64,000 nucleotides of DNA from an uncultured Alistipes sp. (GCF_910580175.1 NZ_CAJTXD010000001.1:10597-74596); one strand, 5' to 3'. Positions 7,392-17,321 are shown, counted from the stretch's first letter. Translations and numbers: made by a program. Notes: a model not told the origin generated them from the sequence alone.

Positions 7392-8015
7392 ATGACCCAA
7401 GTCCTCGTCATCTCCAAAACGCACATGCGCTCCGAATACTGCATCGGCGGTGTCTTTACCGACGGGCGTTTCGTCCGGTTGTTGAAGTCCGACGGGCGTA
7501 ACCAGGATGATGAAGCCTTTTATAGAATAGGTACCTGGTACGATATTGAATACCGCGAGACGGCCCATGTCGAGCCGCCTCATGTCGAAGATATTTTAGT
7601 CTTGTCCGCCGTGCCGATCGGTACGATTCCTTGTGCGGATCTCCCGCTCTATCTGGGTAGTAAGTTCGCTCCCGTGGTCTGGCAGGGCGATGCTTCGGTC
7701 TTGTTCGACGGATTGCTCAAGCGCAGCGATTCCGGCAGTGCTTATATCGACTCCGATGCGATTCCCTCGCGGAGCGTCGGGTTTTGGCGGCCGACGGTCA
7801 ACCTTTGGATGCAGCGATCCGACATCACGGGACGAGCCAAATATGTTTATGTCGATGGCGACAAGAAATATTGTATTTCGTATGTCGGGTTGCTGCCTCC
7901 CGTACTTCAGATTCCTGCCGGTACTTTGGTGCGGGTTTCGCTGGCGCGTTGGTGGCGCAAGGACGATTCCGTCGAAAAACGCTGCTATCTCCAGATTTCC
8001 GGCTGGTATTTCTGA
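7392..8015 (+). CDS. hypothetical protein, possibly a dual OB-fold (DuOB-like) nucleic-acid-binding protein; coupled to DUF488
   Basis: ATG at 7392, 11 nt after the DUF488 stop; an alternative TTG at 7377 overlaps that stop. Beta-rich sequence with KTHMRSEYCIGG at the N-terminus and VRVSLARWW...CYLQISGWY at the C-terminus. The family call is from memory only. Confidence 0.65.
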   Translation: MTQVLVISKTHMRSEYCIGGVFTDGRFVRLLKSDGRNQDDEAFYRIGTWYDIEYRETAHVEPPHVEDILVLSAVPIGTIPCADLPLYLGSKFAPVVWQGDASVLFDGLLKRSDSGSAYIDSDAIPSRSVGFWRPTVNLWMQRSDITGRAKYVYVDGDKKYCISYVGLLPPVLQIPAGTLVRVSLARWWRKDDSVEKRCYLQISGWYF

Positions 8016-8197
8016 TGGTCCTGCGGCAGCTCCCGGAACTACTCGATTCGCCCGGCGGTTCTTAACTTCTGCGGACTTTGTGCGGTGCGCATCGGTGGAT
8101 GTACGATATATCTGCGAATGAGTGACCATCCGCTTGGTGCGCGTTACCTATTTTACCCACAGCGGTTTCCCGGTGCGTCTGCTTGGTGGTCTGTCAC

Positions 8198-9256
8198 TTA
8201 TCTTACCCGCAACGTCCGTCCGGCACGCAGGACGTTGGTCGATTGCATGCCGTTCAGCCGGCAGATCGCCGCCACCGTCGTGCCGTAGCGGCGGGCTATG
8301 GTGCTCAACGTCTCTCCCGAACGCACCGTGTGGTAGCGCATGGATTCTTTTTCCGCGTGTTCGAGTTTGTCTTGTTCTTCGTTGGCTATTTCGTCATCGA
8401 AGTCCTGGCCTGCGTTCGAGTGGATGCTGAAATACGATTTTTTCAGCAAGAATGTCTCGTGGTTCAGCGTGCCGTTCGCGAAGTCGATCAGGCGTTCCGG
8501 GTCGAACGACTGGCCGTAGTAGCGGGTTTCGTAGTGCAGGTGCGGCCCTGTCGAGCGACCTGTCGAGCCGCCCAGTCCGATGATCTGGCCTGCCTCGACC
8601 CATTGTCCCGCCGCTACCATGCGTTCCGAGAGGTGGCCGTAGTAGGTCTCCAGGCCGTTGTCGTGGCGGATGATGACCAGATGGCCGTAGCCGCCCGTGT
8701 TGTATTGCGAGATGCGCACCCGGCCGCAGAACGTCGCATAGATCGGGTCGCCGGTTTTCAGCGGCAGGTCGATGCCGTGGTGCTGGCGCGCGCGCCGCGG
8801 GCCGTATTTGCCGCGGGGATTCACGGGCGCTTGGTAAGGGCAATGGTAGCTTTTGGTCGAGTCGATCAGGTCGATTACCACCGATTGCGGCATGACCGAC
8901 ATGTCCACTTCGCGATAAGGGAAAAGCCTCTGCGTGTCCCAGTATTTTTCGAATACCGTGCTGTCTTTCGCAACCTCGCGGTTACGCACATATTTCCATT
9001 TGTTGTTGTTGTAGAGCACGACCAGCAGGGCGTCGTTGCCCGACGGCAGCGTGTCGACCACCGCCACGTCGTTGGTGTCGAATATCGAGTGTATCTGCTT
9101 GCGTTCGAGCCGCAGGCGGAGCGCTGCCAGCGAGTCTGCGGTAACCAGTTCGTCCGGGGTCAGAGCTGCGAATTGCAGCGTGTCGGCCTGCGGTTCCTGG
9201 GCCGGAGCCGGGGATGCCAGAAAGACTGCGAGCAGGGGAAGAACGAGTTTTTTCAT
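8198..9256 (-). CDS. M23 family metallopeptidase with a C-terminal LysM domain
   Basis: HHGIDL...GGYGHLVIIRHDNGLETYYGHL...GSTGRSTGPHLHYE (M23). YHTVRSGETLSTIARRYGTTVAAICRLNG (LysM). Signal peptide present. Confidence 0.9.
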   Translation of the reverse strand: MKKLVLPLLAVFLASPAPAQEPQADTLQFAALTPDELVTADSLAALRLRLERKQIHSIFDTNDVAVVDTLPSGNDALLVVLYNNNKWKYVRNREVAKDSTVFEKYWDTQRLFPYREVDMSVMPQSVVIDLIDSTKSYHCPYQAPVNPRGKYGPRRARQHHGIDLPLKTGDPIYATFCGRVRISQYNTGGYGHLVIIRHDNGLETYYGHLSERMVAAGQWVEAGQIIGLGGSTGRSTGPHLHYETRYYGQSFDPERLIDFANGTLNHETFLLKKSYFSIHSNAGQDFDDEIANEEQDKLEHAEKESMRYHTVRSGETLSTIARRYGTTVAAICRLNGMQSTNVLRAGRTLRVR

Positions 9257-9263
9257 AGGAATG

Positions 9264-9836
9264 TCATTGTTTTTTCAGCAGCGTTTCGGCTTCTTCGAGT
9301 GCCCGGTAGAACGCTTCGCCGAAGCGGCGGACGAGGGGTTCCTTGAGCGCTTTGTATACGGGCAGGCCCAATTTGCGGCCACAGTCGCGCGCACCGGCGC
9401 AAACCGACCAGCGGTGGTAGTTCAGCCCTACGCTGCCGTTCGAGAAGTGCATCAGCCGGATCGGGTAAAGATGGCATGATATGGGCTTGCGGAAGCCGGT
9501 GCGCCCTTCGGCCCACGCCTTTTCGATGGCGCAGAGCGTCACGCCGTTTTCTTGGTAGGCATAGGCGCACTCCGCGTCGTCGACGAGCGGCGTCGTATAG
9601 TCGCCGTCGTCGTCCACCACCATGAATCCTTGGTGTTCGACGGCTTCGATGCCCGCAGGCGTCATGTAGGGTTTGTAGTTGGGGTATTCGCGTTCCAGGG
9701 TCTCTACTTCTTCGATTTCGAGCGGCGCTCCTGCGTTGCCCTCCACGCAGCAGATGCCCTTGCACTGCCCGAGGTCGCAGGCGAAGCATTCGCGCAGCAG
9801 GTCGGCGCTCACGATTTTGTCGTCGATCTCGATCAT
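9264..9836 (-). CDS. DUF3109 family protein (Cys-rich)
   Basis: Only the last 190 codons of ORF 9264..10649 are protein-like. ATG at 9836 gives MIEIDDKIVSADLLRECFACDLGQCKGICCVEGNAGAPL. The start overlaps the ddl stop. Confidence 0.8.
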   Translation of the reverse strand: MIEIDDKIVSADLLRECFACDLGQCKGICCVEGNAGAPLEIEEVETLEREYPNYKPYMTPAGIEAVEHQGFMVVDDDGDYTTPLVDDAECAYAYQENGVTLCAIEKAWAEGRTGFRKPISCHLYPIRLMHFSNGSVGLNYHRWSVCAGARDCGRKLGLPVYKALKEPLVRRFGEAFYRALEEAETLLKKQ

Positions 9837-10822
9837 TTGCGGTAGGTGTCGGCGATGATGAGATCGTAGAGCTGGCCCATGGTCATTCCCATAGACCTTA
9901 CCTGCTTGGGGACGATGCTGCCCGGACTCATGCCCGGGATGGAGTTCAGCTCGATGAAGTAGGGTTTCCCCTCCGGCGTGACGATGAAATCCACGCGTAC
10001 GACGCCCCGGCAGCGGCATGTGCGGTAGGCTTCCAGCGTCATGCGGTTGAGCAGGGTCTTTATTTCCGGGGCGATGTCCGCCGGAGTGATTTCGTCCGAG
10101 AATCCTGCCGTGTATTTGGCTTCGTAGTCGAAGAAATCTTTTTTCGAGACGATTTCGGTAATGGGAAAAACATATTCCTTGCCCGCGGCGATCATTACGC
10201 CGCAGCCCATTTCGCGGCCCGTTATGCACTCTTCGATCAAGATTTCGTCGCTTTCCGTAAAGGCTGTGGCGATCGCGGCCTCCAGTTCCTCCGCCTTGCG
10301 GACTTTCGTCACTCCGAACGACGAGCCGCTCGCATTGGGTTTCACGAAGAGCGGCAGCCCCAGTTCGCCCACGATCGACATTGCGTCCCATGCTTCGCCG
10401 CGTCGCAGGAAGCGTTCGCGGGCCAGGTTGATGCCGCGTCCGGCCAGCGTGCGTTTGGTCGTGATCTTGTCGAAAGTAATGACCGACGAGGTCATCGAGC
10501 ACGACGAATACGGAATGCCCATCATGTCTAAGTAGCCTTGCAGCCGTCCGTCTTCTCCCGGCGTGCCGTGGATGACGATCAGTGCGTAGTCGAATTCCTT
10601 GCGCGCTCCCTCGACCGTCAGCGAGAAGTCGTTTTTGTCCAGCTGCCATGTGCGGCCGTCGGGTGCCGTGTAGTGCCAGTCGCGGCCGTGCAGGTCGATC
10701 AGCGTGATGTCGTATTTGTCGTGGTCGAGCGCCGCGTCGATCTGCGCCGCGCTCTGCAGGGCGATCTCCCGTTCGGAGGAGTCGCCGCCGGCCAGAAGCG
10801 CTATTTTCAGTCTCTCGTTCAT
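9833..10822 (-). CDS. ddl: D-alanine--D-alanine ligase
   Basis: ATG at 10822 gives MNERLKIALLAGGDSSEREIALQSA. Also FVKPNASGSSFGVTKV and the ATP-grasp C-terminus IELNSIPGMSPGSIVPKQ. Confidence 0.95.
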   Translation of the reverse strand: MNERLKIALLAGGDSSEREIALQSAAQIDAALDHDKYDITLIDLHGRDWHYTAPDGRTWQLDKNDFSLTVEGARKEFDYALIVIHGTPGEDGRLQGYLDMMGIPYSSCSMTSSVITFDKITTKRTLAGRGINLARERFLRRGEAWDAMSIVGELGLPLFVKPNASGSSFGVTKVRKAEELEAAIATAFTESDEILIEECITGREMGCGVMIAAGKEYVFPITEIVSKKDFFDYEAKYTAGFSDEITPADIAPEIKTLLNRMTLEAYRTCRCRGVVRVDFIVTPEGKPYFIELNSIPGMSPGSIVPKQVRSMGMTMGQLYDLIIADTYRK

Positions 10823-11628
10823 GGGTTGTATATGTCTTTGTATCTGAAAGCCAGAATTTCTTGAATCATGCCGATGAATTCGCGCGCCTCCTTGTGTTCG
10901 GGGTCGATGCGAAGCACGGCGTTGAAGTCGTTGAGCGCCGCACCCCACCCGTTCATCCGGTAGTGCAGGCGCCCCCGTTCGAGCAGCAGCGCCGTGTTCT
11001 CCGGGTCGTCCGCAAGGGCTGCGTTCAGCGTCGCCATGCGGCTGGCCGGCGTCCATAGTCCTTTGCGGCGGATGTATTCGGCTACGCCCGGCGCCAGCAT
11101 CCGCGCGGTATCTTCGCCCCGTTCGATGGCCGCACGTACTTCCGTCGACGAGAAGTCCTGCAAGGGGGCATCTTCCAGCAGCGCGATGCGGTCGAGAAAC
11201 CGCTCTACCCTCTCGCCGCGCCGCGGATAGACGCAGAGCGGATATTCGAGCACCTTGTCGTACTCTTTCCAGCCGTCGAGCGCCGCGATCTGGTCGCTGC
11301 CCATGAGGATCGAGAACCGCATTTCGTGGCCGCACGTCTCCTCTAAATAGTGCAGCGTGTCGATCGTGTACGACGGCCGGGGCAGCATGAACTCGATGGC
11401 CGAGGGTTTGATCCGCTCCGGGTATTTCGATGCCGCGCAGGCGATTTCCGCCATTTCGAACCGGTCGATTTCCGGCGCCAGGGCAGTTGCGGTCTTGTAG
11501 GGGCTTTGCGGCGAGACGATCAGCACCGTTTCGTCGGCCAGATCATGCTCTATGATATATTCGGCCAACGCGATGTGGCCTTTGTGCACCGGGTTGAACG
11601 ACCCGAAATAGAGCATCGTCCGTTTCAT
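10819..11628 (-). CDS. nadD: nicotinate-nucleotide adenylyltransferase with a C-terminal TPR-like extension
   Basis: YFGSFNPVHKGHIALAEY (HxGH motif) and SSTEVRAAI. Residues 191-269 include the TPR-like stretch GRLHYRMNGWGAALNDFNAVLRIDPEHKEA. ATGA overlap with ddl. Confidence 0.9.
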   Translation of the reverse strand: MKRTMLYFGSFNPVHKGHIALAEYIIEHDLADETVLIVSPQSPYKTATALAPEIDRFEMAEIACAASKYPERIKPSAIEFMLPRPSYTIDTLHYLEETCGHEMRFSILMGSDQIAALDGWKEYDKVLEYPLCVYPRRGERVERFLDRIALLEDAPLQDFSSTEVRAAIERGEDTARMLAPGVAEYIRRKGLWTPASRMATLNAALADDPENTALLLERGRLHYRMNGWGAALNDFNAVLRIDPEHKEAREFIGMIQEILAFRYKDIYNP

Positions 11629-11630
11629 CG

Positions 11631-12194
11631 TCAGCAGCCGATGAAGTTTCCGACCAGTTCGCAGACTTCCGCCACGGCATCTTCCAGCCGGTCGTTGACT
11701 ACGATGTGGTCGAACCCGGGAGCTTTAGTCAGCTCGAATTCGGCTTTGGCCACCCGCCGGTCGATCACGTCCGGGGCGTCGGTGCCGCGGGCTTCGAGAC
11801 GGCGGCGCAGCTCGTCGATCGACGGAGGCATAACGAAGACCGCACAGGCATCGGCGCCGAAGAGCCGCTTGAGGTTCAGCCCGCCGATCACGTCCACGTC
11901 GAACGCGATCGCATGCCCTTTTTGCCAGATGCGCTCCATTTCGCTTCGCAGCGTGCCGTAGCACGTGCCCTGGTAGACTTCCTCCCACTCCACGAAGCGG
12001 TTGTCGGCCACGGCCTGCATGAATTGTTCGTGCGTGAGGAAATAGTAGTCTTCGCCGTCGCGTTCGGTGCCGCGCGGAGCGCGGCTCGTTGCCGAGATCG
12101 AAAATTCCACCTGCGGATAGCGCGCCAGCAGGTGCCGAACGATCGTTGTCTTGCCCGAACCGCTCGGTGCCGAGAATATGATGACTTTGCCCAC
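11631..12194 (-). CDS. gmk: guanylate kinase
   Basis: GKVIIFSAPSGSGKTTIV P-loop and SATSRAPRGTERDGEDYYF. I place the start at GTG 12194. The 31 extra codons up to ATG 12287 lie in AT-rich sequence and look non-native. Confidence 0.88.
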   Translation of the reverse strand: MGKVIIFSAPSGSGKTTIVRHLLARYPQVEFSISATSRAPRGTERDGEDYYFLTHEQFMQAVADNRFVEWEEVYQGTCYGTLRSEMERIWQKGHAIAFDVDVIGGLNLKRLFGADACAVFVMPPSIDELRRRLEARGTDAPDVIDRRVAKAEFELTKAPGFDHIVVNDRLEDAVAEVCELVGNFIGC

Positions 12195-12309
12195 TTTGAT
12201 TCGAGGTAAAAAATTATAAATGTGAAAGTTGAAAAGTGAAAAGTATTTTTCTTCCGGCGGTTCCGGGGTTCGGCCCCTGCCTTTCACTTTCCACCTTTAA
12301 CCTTGCACT

Positions 12310-13185
12310 TTATAAAATATTGAGTACTTGTTCTTTGATTTTTTCCAGTTCGTCTTTCATCTTTACCACCAGAATCTGGATGTTCGTTTCGTTGGCTTTC
12401 GATCCCATGGTGTTGATTTCGCGTCCCATTTCCTGGGCGATGAATCCCAGTTTGCGGCCGGCGCCTTCTTCCTGAGCCGCCACTTCGCGGAAGTAGTTGC
12501 AGTGGTTCGTCAGGCGCACCTTTTCTTCGGTAATGTCCAATTTTTCCAGATAGAAGATCATCTCCTGCTCCAGCCGGTTGCGGTCTACTTCCGTGTTCAA
12601 CTTGGCCAGGTTCTCCAGAATCCGGGCCTTGACGTTCTCCGTGCGGGCTTGCTCGTAGGGCGTTACCTCGTTCTTATATTGTTCGATCAGATCGACCCGG
12701 CGCAGCAGGTCGGCGATCAGGGTCGCCCCCTCCTGCATGCGGAAAGCATCCAGCTTCGCGGCAGCGGCTTTCGTGGCTGCGAGCAATGCCGCATGTTCTT
12801 CGTCGCTGATCGCTTCGGCCTCCGTGGCCACCACTTCGGGCAGCCGCATGATCGTCGGCACCAAGGTGTCATAGCCGGTTTCGATGCCGGCATGCTTCAG
12901 CGTGTCGGTCATCTGGTTGAGATATTCGCGGAACAGCTCCCGGTTGATCCGGGCCGGCGTCTCCACGGTGCGGTTTTCTACCGTTACCGATACGTCGACC
13001 TTGCCGCGCACCAGCGTGCGGGCGATCGAGGTGCGGATGTCGTATTCCGATTGGCGGTAGACCGCCGGAAGCCGCAGGTTCAGGTCGAGCTGCTTGGAGT
13101 TCAACGAACGGATTTCGACCGTTATCTTCTTGTTTTTCAGCGTGGCTTCGCCTTTGCCGAAGCCGGTCATCGATTTTGTCATCAT
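12310..13185 (-). CDS. YicC/YloC family stress-induced protein
   Basis: ATG at 13185 gives MMTKSMTGFGKGEA, the family N-terminus. The C-terminus has EMGREINTMGSKAN. The rest of ORF 12310..13428 looks non-coding. Confidence 0.9.
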   Translation of the reverse strand: MMTKSMTGFGKGEATLKNKKITVEIRSLNSKQLDLNLRLPAVYRQSEYDIRTSIARTLVRGKVDVSVTVENRTVETPARINRELFREYLNQMTDTLKHAGIETGYDTLVPTIMRLPEVVATEAEAISDEEHAALLAATKAAAAKLDAFRMQEGATLIADLLRRVDLIEQYKNEVTPYEQARTENVKARILENLAKLNTEVDRNRLEQEMIFYLEKLDITEEKVRLTNHCNYFREVAAQEEGAGRKLGFIAQEMGREINTMGSKANETNIQILVVKMKDELEKIKEQVLNIL

Positions 13186-13520
13186 ACCCTGTGCGCTTTG
13201 TTCGCCGTGGTCTCCCCGTGCCTTTGTCCCGGTTCTCCGGGAACGGCCTGCGGGGCGGTTTGTCCGGCGCAAAAATAATAAAAACAAGGGAACTATCTGC
13301 ATGTTTGTCCGGAAAACCTCCGATTTTCGAGGATGGGCCAGGGATGTGTGGTGTGTTTCGTGGTTTTCGGGCGCGGCGCCCCGCTTCGGGCTGTTCGGCA
13401 ACTTGTATTTGCGAGAAAGAAAGGGCATTTCGGGCGGGACGTCGTGCGATCGGCCCCGAATAGAAATGATTATTCCGAAATTTATTTGGCAACTTGTTGG
13501 TTTTCCGAAAATATTTTGTC

Positions 13521-13528
13521 TATATTTG
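13521..13528 (+). promoter_or_regulatory. -7 box (TAtaTTTG) upstream of serC
   Basis: Exact TAnnTTTG match, 49 nt before the ATG at 13577. Confidence 0.5.
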
Positions 13529-13576
13529 TGTTAGCAAACTAACAACGCATCGAATCATAAACATTCCATACCGATC

Positions 13577-14650
13577 ATGAAGAAGCACAATTTCAATGCA
13601 GGGCCATCCATACTGCCCGACGAGGTAATTTCCAATGCAGCCCAAGCCATCGTGGACTTCAACGGCTCCGGCCTGTCGGTGCTCTCGATTTCGCACCGCA
13701 CGAAAGATTTCGACGACGTGATGGCCGAGGCCGACAAGCTCTTCCGCGAGTTGCTCGCCATTCCCGACAACTACAAGATTTTTTACTTGGGCGGCGGCGC
13801 CAGCACCTTATTCTTCGAGGTGGCGGCCAACTTCCTCGGTAAGAAAGCCGGCTACGTCAATACGGGCGTCTGGTCGAAGAAGGCTATCAAGGAGGCCAAG
13901 CGTTACGGCGAGGTCGAAGTGCTCGCATCGTCCGAGGATCGCAACTTTACCTACATTCCCAAGGGTTTCGCCATTCCCGCCGACCTCGACTATCTGCACA
14001 TCACGACCAACAACACCATCTACGGCACTGAATACCACGAGGATATCTCCTCGCCCGTGCCTCTGATCGCCGACATGTCGTCCGACATCCTGTCGCGTCC
14101 GGTCGATGTTTCGAAATACGCCATGATCTACGGCGGTGCGCAGAAGAACCTGGCACCCGCGGGCGTCTCTTTCGTCATCATCCGTGAGGATATGCTCGAC
14201 AAGATCGTGCGCGACCTGCCTACGATGGTTTCGTTCCGTACGCACGTCGACAACAATTCGATGTTCAATACCCCGCCCGTTTTCCCCATCTATGTGTTGA
14301 TGGAGACGCTGCGGTGGCTGAAGAAGATCGGCGGCGTTCAGGAGATTCATCGTCGCAATGTCGCCAAGGCCGAGCTGCTCTACAACGAGATCGACCGCAA
14401 CCCCTTGTTCCGCGGTACGGTCGAAAAGGAGGATCGCTCGTTGATGAACATCTGCTTTGTCATGGCCGACGGCTACGAGGAGCTGGCGCCCGAGTTCATG
14501 GAGTTCGCCAAGGCGCGCGGCATGGTCGGCATCAAGGGCCATCGTCTGGTCGGCGGCTTCCGTGCTTCGTGCTACAACGCCCTGCCCATCGAGAGCGTTC
14601 AGGCTTTGGTCGATTGCATGCAGGAGTTCGAGAAGCAGCACGTAAAGTAG
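13577..14650 (+). CDS. serC: 3-phosphoserine aminotransferase
   Basis: [17 protein letters not shown]..., [18 protein letters not shown] (PLP lysine region), and the C-terminus [12 protein letters not shown]. Confidence 0.95.
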   Translation: MKKHNFNAGPSILPDEVISNAAQAIVDFNGSGLSVLSISHRTKDFDDVMAEADKLFRELLAIPDNYKIFYLGGGASTLFFEVAANFLGKKAGYVNTGVWSKKAIKEAKRYGEVEVLASSEDRNFTYIPKGFAIPADLDYLHITTNNTIYGTEYHEDISSPVPLIADMSSDILSRPVDVSKYAMIYGGAQKNLAPAGVSFVIIREDMLDKIVRDLPTMVSFRTHVDNNSMFNTPPVFPIYVLMETLRWLKKIGGVQEIHRRNVAKAELLYNEIDRNPLFRGTVEKEDRSLMNICFVMADGYEELAPEFMEFAKARGMVGIKGHRLVGGFRASCYNALPIESVQALVDCMQEFEKQHVK

Positions 14651-14759
14651 CCCGATGGCCTACCAGTTCAAGATTCCCACGGCCTACAGCGCCCTCACGG
14701 GCGAAGTGACCGCATGGGAGCAAACCGAATTACAGGAAACCACAACATTGAAACACACC

Positions 14760-15686
14760 ATGAAAATATTGGTTGCCACCGAAAAGCCCTTTGCCAAAAA
14801 GGCCGTCGAGGGAATTCGCGGAATCGTCGAGGATGCGGGCTATGAACTCGCCCTGCTCGAAAAATACACCGACAAGGCCGAACTGCTGACCGCCGTGGCC
14901 GATGCCGACGCATTGATCGTGCGCAGCGACAAGGTTACCGCTGAAGTGATCGACGCAGCGAAGAACCTCAAGATCGTGGTTCGTGCCGGTGCCGGTTACG
15001 ACAACGTCGATTTGGCCGCCGCATCGGCCCGCGGTATCGTCGTGATGAATACTCCCGGGCAGAATTCCAATGCCGTGGCTGAATTGGCCGTGGCGATGAT
15101 GATCTTCATGGCCCGCAACCGTTTCACGCCCGGCACCGGATCGGAAATCCAGGGCAAGACCCTCGGCATCCATGCCTACGGCAACGTCGGCCGTCTGGTC
15201 GGCCGCAAGGGCAAGGCGCTCGGCATGCGGGTTGCAGCGTTCGATCCGTTCATTACCGATCCGGAGGTTTTCAAGGCCGACGGCGTGGAGCAGGTCGGTT
15301 CCGTCGAGGAGCTTTACAAGGTTTCCGACTTTTTGTCGCTCCACATTCCTGCGACGCCCCAGACCAAGGGTTCGATCGGTTATGATCTGTTGATGTCGAT
15401 GCCCAAAGGGGCTACGTTGGTAAATACCGCCCGCAAGGAAGTGATCGACGAGGAGGGATTGATGCGTGCCTTGACCGAGCGCGAGGATTTGAAGTATGTT
15501 ACCGACATCGCGGCCGCCATCCAGCCCGAGTTGGACGAGAAGTTCGGCAAGCGGGTCTTCGCTACCGCCAAGAAGATGGGCGCCGAGACCGCAGAGGCCA
15601 ACCTCAATGCCGGACTGGCCGCCGCACGGCAGATCGTCGATTTCTTCAAAAACGGCAACACCCGTTTCCAGGTAAACAAGGCGTAG
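14760..15686 (+). CDS. serA: D-3-phosphoglycerate dehydrogenase / D-isomer-specific 2-hydroxyacid dehydrogenase
   Basis: ATG at 14760 (MKILVATEKPF). LKIVVRAGAGYDNVDL and the NAD-binding stretch GIHAYGNVGRLVG. Directly follows serC. Confidence 0.85.
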   Translation: MKILVATEKPFAKKAVEGIRGIVEDAGYELALLEKYTDKAELLTAVADADALIVRSDKVTAEVIDAAKNLKIVVRAGAGYDNVDLAAASARGIVVMNTPGQNSNAVAELAVAMMIFMARNRFTPGTGSEIQGKTLGIHAYGNVGRLVGRKGKALGMRVAAFDPFITDPEVFKADGVEQVGSVEELYKVSDFLSLHIPATPQTKGSIGYDLLMSMPKGATLVNTARKEVIDEEGLMRALTEREDLKYVTDIAAAIQPELDEKFGKRVFATAKKMGAETAEANLNAGLAAARQIVDFFKNGNTRFQVNKA

Positions 15687-15765
15687 GTGCCGGTCGTTCG
15701 GGAACGATTTTTTCGGGCATTTGCATGTAGTTGTTGAAACAAATCTTTAAATAGTTGAATACATT

Positions 15766-17010
15766 ATGGTTAGAATCAAACCTTTCCGTGCCGTTCGTCC
15801 TCCCCGGGAGCATGCTGCCGAGGTGGCGTCGCGTCCTTACGACGTTTTGAATTCCGCCGAAGCTAAGAACGAGGCCACGGAGCGGTCGTTGTTGCATATC
15901 ATCAAGCCCGAAATCGACTTCGAGCCGATCGCCGACGAGCATTCGCAGCAGGTTTACGACAAAGCCGTCGACAATTTCCGCCGTTGGCGCGAACAGGGAT
16001 GGTTGCAGCAAGACCCCGAAGAATATTATTACATCTATGCCCAGACCATGGAAGGTCGTACGCAGTACGGTCTGGCCATGTGCTGCCACTTCGAGGATTA
16101 TCTTTCGGGCGCCATCAAGAAGCATGAGTTGACGCGCCCCGACAAGGAGGAGGATCGCATGATCCACGTCCGCAACCAGCAGGCCAACATCGAACCCGTC
16201 TTCTTTGCCTATCCCGACAATGCTGAAATCGACGCCATCGTCGCCGGGGTTGTCAAGGAGAGCGCTCCCGAGTACGATTTCACGGCCGCCGACGGCTTCG
16301 GCCATCAGCTGTGGGTAATTCGCGACCGCAAGACCAACGACCGCATTACCGAAATTTTCAAGGGCATTCCGGCGCTCTATGTTGCCGACGGCCACCATCG
16401 CACCGCCGCCGCCGCCCGTGTGGGTGCCGAGTGCAAGTCGAATAATCCGGGCCATTGCGGCGAGGAAGAGTATTGCTACTTCCTGGCCGTCACGTTCCCG
16501 GCCGGTCAGTTGCGCATCATCGATTACAACCGTGTGGTCAAGGATCTCAACGGACTCACGCCCGCCCAACTGCTCGACAAACTTCGCGAAAACTTCGTAG
16601 TCGAGGAGAAAGGGGCCGACGAGTACCGCCCTGTGGCCCTGCACAATTTCTCCATGTATCTGGATGGCAAATGGTATAGCCTCACGGCCAAGCCGGGTAC
16701 CTACGACGACAACGACCCGATCGGGGTGTTGGACGTGACGGTGCTTTCTAACCTTGTGCTCGACAAGATTCTCGACATCAAGGATTTGCGCACCTCCAAG
16801 CGCATCGACTTCGTGGGCGGTATCCGCGGTCTGGGCGAGTTGAAGCGGCGCGTCGACAGCGGCGAGATGCAGGCGGCTTTTGCCCTCTACCCCGTTTCGA
16901 TGCAGCAGCTCATCAACATTGCCGACACGGGCAACATCATGCCGCCGAAGACTACTTGGTTCGAACCGAAGCTCCGTTCGGGCGTCGTGATCCATAGTTT
17001 CGAGAAATAA
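15766..17010 (+). CDS. DUF1015 domain-containing protein
   Basis: MVRIKPFRAVRPPREHAAEVASRPYDV and ALYVADGHHRTAAA are family signatures. Confidence 0.85.
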   Translation: MVRIKPFRAVRPPREHAAEVASRPYDVLNSAEAKNEATERSLLHIIKPEIDFEPIADEHSQQVYDKAVDNFRRWREQGWLQQDPEEYYYIYAQTMEGRTQYGLAMCCHFEDYLSGAIKKHELTRPDKEEDRMIHVRNQQANIEPVFFAYPDNAEIDAIVAGVVKESAPEYDFTAADGFGHQLWVIRDRKTNDRITEIFKGIPALYVADGHHRTAAAARVGAECKSNNPGHCGEEEYCYFLAVTFPAGQLRIIDYNRVVKDLNGLTPAQLLDKLRENFVVEEKGADEYRPVALHNFSMYLDGKWYSLTAKPGTYDDNDPIGVLDVTVLSNLVLDKILDIKDLRTSKRIDFVGGIRGLGELKRRVDSGEMQAAFALYPVSMQQLINIADTGNIMPPKTTWFEPKLRSGVVIHSFEK

Positions 17011-17033
17011 ACGAAACTGATCTGTAATAAAAG

Positions 17034-17071
17034 AGGAGGAACGGAGTTTTTACTTCGTTCCTCTCTTTTTC
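17034..17071 (+). terminator. intrinsic terminator after the DUF1015 gene
   Basis: GAGGAACG (17036-17043) pairs with CGTTCCTC (17056-17063), followed by TCTTTTT. Confidence 0.6.
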
Positions 17072-17321
17072 TGCGTCAGGTATTGTAGGTTGGGCCGGTT
17101 TCTTCGAAGGCATTATAAACCGGTCGTTTTTAGAGACTATCGGCGTTTTGTCGAAAAGATGTTCGATCGAACCGATTAAAAGCAGATTCAGGCGCAATGA
17201 TAGAAAATTCTTATTGCAGTCTTCGATGCTTTGTTTCAAAGAATCTTGTTTTTCGATCGGGGCGCTTGTTTGAGGGACGAAAAACTTTCGGCTAAACATT
17301 CGGAATGATGGAAAAAATATT

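Noticed and set aside
9837-10649. The N-terminal 270 codons of the 461-aa ORF 9264..10649, and likewise the upstream part of ORF 9833..11335.
   Set aside because: Only the last 190 codons (DUF3109) and last 329 codons (ddl) look like protein. The upstream parts are out-of-frame readings of ddl and nadD.
16952-17299. 115-aa minus-strand ORF between the DUF1015 gene and the oxidoreductase operon.
   Set aside because: It spans the DUF1015 terminator hairpin and overlaps the 3' end of that gene. It has no motifs and lies in an AT-rich spacer.
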